Shown one piece after another: positions 1 through 11,000 of a stretch of 64,000 bases of DNA. The position numbers and the translations under genes were made by a program. The stretch covers positions 379,110-443,109 of the forward strand of contig NMRA01000227.1 in assembly GCA_002633005.1 (NCBI GenBank), given 5' to 3'. The notes beneath the pieces are model-generated. The model ran no database searches. It saw only the letters and a list, made by a program, of their open reading frames with translations, and was not told the origin of the DNA. Source of the DNA: Phoronis australis (taxonomy: Eukaryota > Animalia > Phoronida). The first letter of the stretch is position 1, and each line of letters opens with the position of its first letter.

Positions 1-299
1 CTTTCAGGCTCTGCCAAGGCTTGCATAAATCTGAACAGTTTTTACTGAGTGAAAAATTTACATGAAATTTGAAAGTATACTTGACACATGCCATGGTCAA
101 GTTTTCAGTCAAGTGTCAAGTTTGATAGTCTCGGTTAGTCCTGGTGGCTTAATGTATTACGCTGCTATTTTTAGGCATCCTGGTGATCAAATTGTAAACA
201 TACACTAAACATTCTTAAAATGAAATTGATTTTAAAATCGCCTTTTCTTGGAAATAAGTCATTATAGTTGGTTATTCAATATTTTGTTTTTGTCTGCAG

Positions 300-1738
300 G
301 CCAAAGCTGCTGGAAGAATTGTCTTCACAAACATCCAAGCTGCAAGCACACCTAACTGAAGATGCAGGTCTGTACTGTTGAGTGATTTTCTTGTTGGTTG
401 TAGTACTAATTATTTTAGTTTATAGTAGAACTACTGGTGCTGTACAAATTTACAGTAAAATGTCATCACGTTTGGACAAAAATAATTGCTAAAATTGCCT
501 TTTTTCAATTTTCAAAAGCTCTACCATTGTTTTAAATGCCGTCAGTTTCTCAAAATGTTGTTTGATGGTAGCTACTATATTAGGAAGTCATTGATGGTAG
601 CTGCAGTCCACATCTTAACAACGTTAAAGGACCATGATGGTGCTACTTATGGTTTATAAAAAATGAGAAAACAAAAACTCACTTGTCTCCGCCATGTTGT
701 GTCCTAAATTGGTGAGATTTTACCGTGCTCACTGTCAACATAATTGGTGAATTGGTGGTTGAAGAATCAACTTTGAATTCAAAAGCACTCAAGGAACTCT
801 GATTTATGGCGACGCATTGCAAACTTATTAAAGCTTTGGATTCCACTTAATGAGTGTTTTGTGAATCATAAGGTGCAACACATGTTTACATCATGTACGT
901 GTGTTTCTCACTTCATAGTAGTACATTGCTTTGATGTAACTAAATGGCATCTTTTTGTGCATTCAAACAGCCATTAAACAGTGTTAAACTTACTACAGAC
1001 ACCGGTATCATCCACCAACCTGAACTAATTGGTCCGTGCTGTTTCCATAACTTCCCAGTCAAACTGTACTCTAAATACACTCAAACAAGCAAAACTTCAA
1101 TTTTATATTAAGTCTTCCATGGTGGAAGTAACCAGATGGTGCACGACCTTTTCATTAGTTCTTTGGTAAATACGGGAAAAGTACCGTTTCATTCAACAGA
1201 AAAATCTTATTCCAAATGCTTGATTTGGATAACCAAAAAGATTTTTTTTGAGTTATGATAAAGTGGGTTTCATGAAAAGTGGGGCCTGAAGAAAGTAAGT
1301 CAACACAATCTGAAGCCTGAAGTACTTTTCCTGCTGCCAGATGTTGATCATGACAAATGTAAAAATGTTAAAGTTTGAGTGAAAAATCCATTTTGAAATT
1401 GAATTTTTTCTTGAGGTCAAAGATATTTTGAGGTAGTGGCTCACTTTGGACAATAGAAGAAAAAGAGTTCCTCAAATAGGGTGCGTGTGGAATAGGAGAA
1501 TAGAAATGGAAACCTTGATTTTGTAAGGTAGTAAGTTTTTAAAAGCAAGTAATTATATTCTTTAATTGTTTTAGCCAAGAAAGCAGATGTTGAAAAAATT
1601 AGCATGGACGAGAAGACGTTCCGTTGGATGATGAATGAAGACGAAATGGCTACTGACAAGCTGTCGGAAGGAATACGCAAGTTTGCTGCCGACTCTGTGA
1701 AACTTGAAAAGGTGATTCGTGAAAAGTTATCAAACTAG
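300..1738 (+). CDS. TALDO1: Transaldolase, last two coding exons (gene begins upstream of the window)
   Basis: Exon 300-367 (ctgcag|G...GATGCAG|gtctgt) = [22 protein letters not shown]. Exon 1575-1738 (ttttag|CC...AACTAG) = [54 protein letters not shown]. Phases join. Matches the transaldolase C-terminus (F-R-W..NED.MA..KL.EGIRKFA.D). Confidence 0.93.
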
Positions 1739-2236
1739 GTGTCAGATGTCACCAGTTGCCGAGATATACATCAGGGCATTTTGAGCTCAGTGGTCAATGT
1801 TATCTCTACAATGCTTGGAGTTTTTATATCGTACTTCCGCACATGTATTTTTATGCATTTACTAGTCTATGGTGAAATGTTATTGTGTTATTATTGTGTT
1901 ACCTAATCAATGTTCATTAGAATTTAAAGGTTCTTTTGAATAACAAATTTTTTTTTTCATGAGAATTGACGATTTGTTGACATGGATGTGAATTACATTT
2001 AATGGCGTTTAAAGTTTTGATGTTCTGAAGCAATAGTTGATAACTAATTTGTCTAATTGTAATTGTTAGAGCTATTGTATTGTTCTTTAGTTCAGAAATG
2101 TAGCACAGATTATGTACATCTGACTTCAGATAATTGAGTATGAAAACCTCCAGTCCAGTTTATCATTTATCACACGTTCTTGCTGGTATATTGTGCATTA
2201 AAAATTATCCCTGTTTACTGAATATTTTTGATTAAA

Positions 2237-2242
2237 AATAAA
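2237..2242 (+). terminator. Candidate AATAAA polyadenylation signal of TALDO1
   Basis: AATAAA about 500 nt after the stop codon, followed by a T-rich tract. A second AATAAA lies near 2303. Confidence 0.5.
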
Positions 2243-2327
2243 CAATGATTGTAAATTGCTTTATTTCCATTTTCTCCAATCATCTTTTATAAACGTAATT
2301 GAAATAAAATACAACAAAATTGTTTAA

Positions 2328-2655
2328 CAGGGCCCTTGTTCACCTGAGGGTTAAGTGCCTGTGCCTTCTGATGGGAATTTTTTGGGTATGGGGGAAATTT
2401 CACCCTGGTCATTATCAGTAGCACCCCCACGTTGGCCTTCATAGTCTCTGCCTCAAGTAGCCAAAACTAGCATTTTGTGCTGTTTCAAATCATCGCCTGT
2501 GTGAGCTACAAGGGATTTAAACCTTGAGTGGAATTTTTTATCACTTGAGGGGAATTTTTGGGCCTCATGGGGAGAATTTCGCGTGATTTTAAAATATTTT
2601 GCAGAGGGAAATGGGACTGATATTCGACCCCAAAATCGAGGGATTGAGGGCCCTG
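2328..2655. mobile_element. Degenerate hAT-like MITE (CAGGGCCCT termini)
   Basis: Left end CAGGGCCCT, right end AGGGCCCTG. Flanks tttaa / attaa could be a 5-bp TSD with one mismatch. Confidence 0.45.
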
Positions 2656-5092
2656 ATTAAGAATACATACTTTGAATAACCACAAAAACAGTAACTTATA
2701 GTGAAGTGTCATTAAGTTATATTATAAACTTTAAGAAAATATTTTTTGTACAAATTGGCAGTTCTAAATCTCACTCTTCCTGAAGGTGTAACAAAAATGA
2801 TAACATTGCTTGTCTGGGATCTTTGCAAAAATTATAATTTTTACAAAAGGTACACCAACACATCCTGCCGTGTCGTGTGGTTTGAATACATTCCTAGAAG
2901 CACAAAAAGTTGGTGTGAGTGCAATCAAAGGGACATGCTTTAGTTTGCGTCAGTGGACGAGAGCAGCTTCTTGCTTGCCGAAATATCTGTAATCTTCACT
3001 AGGCTACAGGGTAGGTGACCATGATTTTTGTTGTGTTTGGGTGTAGACGACAACCTGGAAATGTGTTTTGTGTACTTTTTAAGTTTGCCATATCAATCAA
3101 GATAAGTCCCGGCACACAAAGTTCTTGGCCCTGCTTTGCAGTCATAGACCCCCTCAATAATGTTTTGTTAATGAGAAAACTTGAGAAAATATTTAAGTGT
3201 AAACACAGTCCTCTGTGTCTATGTTTAATGGAAACTGACGGTTTTGTTGACTGAACATGTTATATGGTATTCTGCCATGTAAATGCCATGTGCATTATGT
3301 TTCACAATGCTTAAAGTTGGAGATGGGCGTTAAATAGGACAAGGATGCTTTTGCTTACATATCTAATCAAGCTATTCGCCCACCTGACTATACAAATGCC
3401 CACAAGCAAAAAGGGTTGCTTTAATCAGTATTTTGATGTTCAATTGCGACTTATCCAAAAACATTGAAACCATTTGACTCGTAAAATTGCAGGGTCTCGT
3501 GAATGTTTAACGAAAAGTTTTCAAAAGTCAGAGGTTAGGCGTTAAAACGAGCACTCCTGGGTGCTTAACGAACTTCACTAAAAACTTGGACGTAAAGGTA
3601 AAAATGAGCAATGGGCATTTACATGGCAGAATACGGAACGTTCCAGAGGAAAATTCTGTGCATATAAAACAATATGTGTACTGATTGTTTTTCTGTGATG
3701 CATTAAACTGGTTCTGCCACCCACCAAAAGCTACAGCCACCAAATTAGGCTTATTCTTAAGGACCCCTGGCTGAAGATTAATCAATGAACAAACAAATAC
3801 TTTAGTAGAACGACCAGACAATTTTTTCCTTATTTCAAATATTCAGACATAGGCCCCAAGTATAGTTACTAACAAAATAACACTACAGAGGCACATTTAC
3901 AAACATTTCTTTATACATAGATGGTCTCTTGCAAATTAATGGAATTGAAGAGATAAATAACCTGAACACCTACCTCTGAGATTTCCTTACAACTATTCAC
4001 TATGGCTCCACCTAATGCCACTTATTAGATGTTATAAAGTACTTTGGAAACCACTTAAATAATTCACTAAATAATAAATTGAAAGTCGGATAACATTAGA
4101 TGCAACAGAATATAACAAACTTCTACAGATCTGCTTTCTAATTTCCAACTGGAATATCACCACAATAAATGATCCTTTACATTTTAATTATTTACATATT
4201 AATTAAAATGAATATTCAGACGAAACTAATTTCCTTGTTCTTCCTGAAAAACACCCCACATCTCCAAATCTTGCACTGTGTTAGACATGGCTGACCAACA
4301 TTCCCGAGCACTTCACAAAAAACACAACATTTTTACGTAATACGTTATTCTAAACCTCAAGAACACAAAAGAAACTATGTGACTGTACATTTAAAACGGT
4401 TTTACAGAGTAACTCAAGAACAAGTTTAGATGAAACCAAGGCAAACGGCGGAAAGTCAATACACTTCTAAACGTTTTCTAAAGAAAATTTTTTTGACTCC
4501 CAAGATCATATACGACAAGATGATGACATCATTCAATGTGAATTACAATGCAAAAAATTGCAGTGAAATCCAGTTTTGAGGTTTTCTTTTTGCATCTAAT
4601 GCACAACAAGCCTAATTTGGTACTGTAAAATATATATATTTCTGAATGAAGTAATTGAAACAATTACAAGACTTTGGTAACCAACATTCAGTTGACAACC
4701 AAACACACAAGCAAATAACAACAACATGGAAAAACATTGCACCAGAAATGTATGCTTAAAGTGTCTATAAACCTGCCTTTCATCACACAAAAAAATTTTA
4801 ATTTAGTCTACTTGCTGTTACGAAATTGGTTTCAAGTTGTTCCTTAGCGACAGTTTGTTATTTCTCGAGAACAGCCTCCACAAGTTGGCTTGTCATGATG
4901 GTGTGTCATGTGATTTGCCATGCATGGTCTCAAAGGAATAGCTAACTTATTTTTTGCCAAAAAATTCCTTTTACTAAAGTAAGGAACATGTTGCGACCAA
5001 TCCTGTAGTGGTAAGTTTCTTTGACGCGGGTTTAATGCCAGCTTAAACAGAACACACCATGTCCTTCATCAAGATGTCGATGGTTAAGTCCA

Positions 5093-8000
5093 TTATCCCA
5101 CTTGCCACTAAAAAGAGAAGGAATACAATCAAGCATACAAGCAACAGATACAAAAAGAGAAGGAATACAATCAAACATACAAGCAACAGACATAAAAAGA
5201 GAAGGAATACAATCAAACATACAAGCAACAGACATAAAAAGAGAAGGAATACAATCAAACATACAAGCAACAGACATAAAAAGAGAAGGAATACAATCAA
5301 ACATACAAGCAACAGACACAAAAAGAGAAGGAATACAATCAAACATACAAGCAACAGACATAAAAAGAGAAGGAATACAATCAAACATACAACAGGGCTT
5401 GGAATGACCAAGGACAAAAAACGCGGAAACTTTGAAACTTTTACGGCCCAAATCATGCGCGCTACCCAGCCTTGAAGTTGAAATGGTCGATGTGAACCTT
5501 TCCCCGACAAAAATCGGGAGGGCTAAAAAAAAAATAAAAATAAACGTTACCACCATCAGTAGCATGCGTCTGCGTCCTTTAAGCTCGTCTGTCCACTCCC
5601 AACCCACACACTTTTGGCTGCAGAGCCGTAGTGTTTGTCACTGTGGTTTACAAGAACACGAGACGCCATTGAAAATCCCACCACGCTATCCCAGATGTCC
5701 CGGCAATGTTGACAATTTACGTTCCTCCGAAACATAAAGAGCAACTTCCGCTTTTCGAGGTGAACGTCGTCTGCAACGCCGCGGAAATTTTATATCAAAT
5801 CCGATTTTTTTTACGCGGAAATATTATAAAATATGCGGACAGAACATTTGAAAAAAGCGGAAATCCGCGTTTCCGCGGAAAATTCCAAGCCCTGATACAA
5901 GCAACAGACACAAAAAGAGAAGGAATACAATCAAACATACAAGCAACAGACACAAAAAGAGAAGGAATACAATCAAACATACAAGCAACAGACACAAAAA
6001 GGTGTACCTTTTCAATTTTACTTTCATCAACAGGACTTTATCAATGCACAGGATAAAACTTAAGCTACACAAAGTATGCTTTTTGAACAGCACTCAAAAC
6101 CCTTACTAAGTCTAAGAGGACTATAACACTTCATCCCTGACATCACTCAACTTCCCACTAAGTCTAAAAGCATTCACACTAAACTCTTCACATGCTGACA
6201 GTGCTTAACACTTCCATTAAGTCCAAACCAACTCACCCTCAACCCTTCACCCCCTTGATTTGGTTGTTGCTCAGCTCTTCTTTCTAACTCTTCCATGCGT
6301 TGTTGTTTCAGCTTCACCCCCACCGGGTCTTTAAGTCCTCTAGCCTCATCTTCATGCTGTCGTTTGAGGGCAGCTTCTGCCTGTTGTTTCCTTCTAGTTT
6401 CCTGTTATAACAAATCACGACAACACTTCATTTATCATGCCTTTAAAGAACACGCTTAAAATCCCCAATTTCATATCAAAAACACAAAAACAACTGCACC
6501 AGTAAATCAGCTGTCAAATGAAAACACCCACCAACACTATCTGAAGATATATTAATTAGGTGATCTCGAGTTACGAGCACTTATTGGTCGATATATACTA
6601 CAGAGAATTGGCCCAAACAATCCCAACATATAGTCATCCTCCACTGTATTCAGGGTGAAATGTCATCAGATATTGCAGCAACCTTTTCTGTGATTTATAG
6701 TATAATAAATAATGGCGAGGTGAAGTGTTTGTGGTGGTTGTGATTAGTTAGTATTTGATCACGCTGTGTCTCTCTTCACTTTGCCGTGGGACATCATAAA
6801 GGAGTGCATATAGCACATGTTTGTTGCCTATTGGTGGACATGACTGACAGGCACCGAGTATGTTCATACGTCACAATCATGTGCGTGGAGCTAAAAAACT
6901 TTTGTTTTTCTTTTCGTTTCTCGTTTTTTGGGATATTGAATTCGCGGTTGTGATATTCAGTGCCATAGGGGAAAGTTTAACAACGGTGACAATTGTAGTC
7001 ACTTCCCAGTTGTTAAAGCAAGACACATACACGGTGATTGCACTTACAAACCCACATTTCATCACAAAAACTTTAGATTTTGACCACTTACCACCACAAA
7101 ATGTGTCTCAAATTGCTCCCAGCTCAAAATAAATGTGATTTCTGGACTTGGGAAGCACTCTCAGTATATAGCTTGAGAACAGTGTCTGAAAGTTGACTTA
7201 TCATGATGACACGTCATTTTATTCGCTGAGTGTGGTCTCGAGCAATAAAGAACTTTTTAAAGTTCTTTGCAATACAAACTACTTATCATCTGAATAAGAA
7301 ACAAGCTAAGACCAAATTGATACCAGTTGTCATCTAAATTGAAATTTATTTTTTCGAAGAACAGTGGGTTATACCCATTTGAATGATCACATCTAGGCTT
7401 TCACTATTCCAAGTCTCAGTGGACTTCAGACCGGTCCCTCATCTGTACTGCGTCTTAGTGTGGCTGGCTAATGGGTGATCTCCCTACAACCCTCTGTACG
7501 GTTCCATTTGTCCTTGAGCACACTGGCTGTAATTGCATTCACTCTTCAATTTCATTGACTGAATGAAAAATGTTGACTGACGCCAGCAGTGTAAAAATGG
7601 TCATGTTGTCGATTTGGGCAACTGAACGAAGGACTGCTTGCAAAAACGTTTGGCTACAAGACTATTTGTTCGGATTGGGAGGAAATAAAGACATTGACGA
7701 CCTTAGTCCTAAGGTGTACCTCTATGCACAAAAGGTACTTAAAATAATGTGACTTTGATGGTTTAATCAGTGTGAGGCATAATTCGACGAAAAACTTCTG
7801 CCATATGAAGGCCCTAATGAAGCACCACCGTCTAAAACGTACTGTCTATACTGTGTCAAATGAGTAACAAAAACCCTTAACTGTATGACAAAACAAGAGC
7901 AACGCGGAGCGTTGAAATGCGCCCACGAATGCATTGCAAATGGTGTGCTTTTAGGATTATTTATTTGTATCACAAAAATGGCCACTAGATGGCGGAAAAA

Positions 8001-11000
8001 CATACAATCTATCCAAAAACACGAATATGCCATATTTCAAAAAAATCTGTCAACAAACTTCAGAGAAACAAAGGAAAACAGAATAAAATGAAATTGCCAC
8101 TAGTGGGCACAGTGTCCGTTGGATCCGCCTAAAAGTCGTCGTCATCTGTTGTTATCTTCATATAAAAACACTGTCTTACTAAATTTAGTAAAGATCCTGC
8201 AGTGGGTTTAGGCGATACAACTATGGGCGCAAAACAAAACTACCACTAGGAGGCGCCACAGTAGTCAGTCACCATCATCAAAGGTCATCTTCACACTGAG
8301 AACATATATGCCAATTGTCAAATGATTTGGTTGATAAAGGGGTGGACACCAAAAACAAGATTTGAAAACAGCAAAAATGGCAACTAGGTGGTGCAAAATA
8401 CCTTGGTTCCACCCAAAAACAGGAAGATAGCGTCATCACACCAATAGATGTCTATATTTAAAATTTTATGAAAATCTGTTGAGGACCTTTGAAGATACTG
8501 TGTCAAACATAAAAAAATTAAATTACAACTAGGGGGCACAGCAGTGGTCAGATCTGTGTGAAAGTCGTCGTCATCCGTAGTCAACATCATATAAATACAC
8601 TTGCTAAATTAAGTAAAGATCGGTTTGTCTTGGAATGAATGTGACCAAAACCGGCGATAAGTTATGCGAGACCTGCCAACGCTACAAAATAACTAAACAG
8701 CCGAAGAACAAAGACGTCCTCGCTTCGCTTGCGACACGCCCACTCGAACGAGTCCACACAGATGTCTGCGGGCCAGTGACCCCTACATCAAGAGAAGGTT
8801 ACAAGTACATCGTTAATTTTGTAGATGAGTACTCCAGTATGCTGTTTGTTTACTTCATGCGATCCAAAGACGAAACACATGTCGCACTCAAAAGCTTCAT
8901 CGCTGACGTCGCACCAATGGGACGAATATCTGAGATACACAGCGACAATGGTGGCGAATAGGTCGGAGCCAATTTCCGTAAAGTGCTCATCGATAACGGC
9001 ATAAAACAAACCACTACAGCGCCCCACACGCCATTGCAGAATGGTAAATCTGAACGCTCTTGGCGCAGTCTGATGGATATGGCTCGTTGTTTGCGCGAAG
9101 ACGGATCAATTCCGAAAAACCTCTGGTCATACGCTGTGAAAAACGCGCAGTACCTGCGAAACAGAAGTTTTCAACAGAGAACAAAAACAACAGCTTACGA
9201 ACTGTTCTGTGATCAAAAACCCGACATGCGACTCATACATGCATTTGGAACATAGTGCACTGCATACATCGAGCGTCACAAGCAGAAATTCGACAACCCA
9301 ATTAATAAAGGCTACTTCGTTCTGTGCAGGAATGGAAGGGTAATGACCTCGCGAAATGTCTTGTTTGGCAAACAAACGACACGTGACGCCAAACCAGACG
9401 GAGATGACACGCCCATCAAGCTGATAAAACCCGGTACATCAGAACCGACTGGCAGCCGGCACGACGAGACACAAACTCAGACACCAGATGTCAAGGAGGA
9501 GGAGCCAACTGCCCATGAGCGACCACGCCGAGAAACCAGACCGCCCAAATATTTAGACGATTATCATGTGTATATGTCTGCAACTGTGGACTATGCGCAC
9601 AGGGCGATACATATGATACCGGAGACATATGCAGAAGCTATTAACTCACATGATAGCGATAAATGGAAAACGGCTATGGACATTGAAATTGAAACTTTAC
9701 AAGAAAACAACACATATGACCTTGTTGACCTGCCGGAAGGTAGAGCTGAAACAAAAGGTAGATGGGTTTACACCCTAAAACAGGGACGGACCCCAAATGA
9801 CGTGCAATACAAAGCGCGTTACGTCGCGAAGGGATACTCACAAATCCCTGGGGTTGACTTCGACGAGACGTTCTCACCCACGACACGTCTCACATCAATC
9901 CGCATGCTACTGCAAAAAGCCGCCAATGAACAGTTGGAGCTACACCAGATGGATGTCAAGGGCGCGTATCTAAATGCACCCATTGATAAAGACATCTACG
10001 TTGAACAGCCGCCCGGATACGAACAATCTGGCACGAACGGCAAACTCACATGTCACTTGAAGAAATCACTCTACGGATTACGTCAGAGCGGACGCAACTG
10101 GCATACGACCCTCACTGATTTCCTCAAGCACGCGGGATTTCGTGTGAGCGATAACGACCCGTGCGTCTACGTTAACGACGACACAAACATGTATGTTTTG
10201 TTTTGGGTCGATGACATAATTTTGGCATGTGACAACACTGCATGCATTAAGCATATGAAGGAACAACTAAGCGAACGCTTCCGAATGGACGACCGTGGAC
10301 CCCTACACTGGTTCTTGGGAATAGATTTCTATCGTTTACCCGACGGCTCATACATGATGAGTCAAGAACGTTGTGTTGAGACGATACTCAAACGTTTTGA
10401 CATGTACGAGTGCAAGCCTGCACTGACACCTGTAGACACTGGTGAGATACTTGCCAAATCATCAGACGAGGAACACGCTCAGTTTCTCAAACTAGGATTT
10501 CCCTACCGTCAAGCCGTGGGAAGTCTAGTTTATCTCGCGAATGCCACACGCCCGGACATCTCTTGGACATTGTCAAAATTGTCACAGTTCCTCGACAAAA
10601 CTGGACCGGCACAGGTGACCGCTATAAAGCGCGTATTGCGATACCTGAAAGGGACCAAAACGTTCACGCTTACTTTCAGAACAACGGATAGTCTGTTAAC
10701 AGGATACTCCGACTCGGACTAGGCAGGAGACGTCGACGATCGTCGACCTACTTCCGGTTTTATCTTCACGCTCAGAAGTGCACCAATCTCTTGGAAAACT
10801 CGGAAACAGCCGACAGTCGCGTTGTCATCGTGCGAAGCCGAGTACATGGCACTCACTGAAGCCACTAAGGAACTGATGTATTTACGATGTTTGTGTTCAG
10901 CTTTCGGAATCCCTCAACCGGACACTACGGTTATTCACTGTGATAATGAAGGGACTATCGCCCTCAGCAAGGAGTCACCGAAACAACATCAACGCACAAA

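Noticed and set aside
5032-5737. Overlapping repetitive ORFs (Cys/Leu-rich, KKRRNTIK repeats)
   Set aside because: Open in several frames only because the 42-bp unit lacks stops; the real coding piece is the 15-nt SVIP exon.
8959-10722. All three Copia pol stops are TAG, suggesting amber recoding
   Set aside because: They replace different expected residues (Tyr in GGEY, Trp in DSDW), and TALDO1 and NADSYN1 use TAG as a normal stop; ordinary decay.
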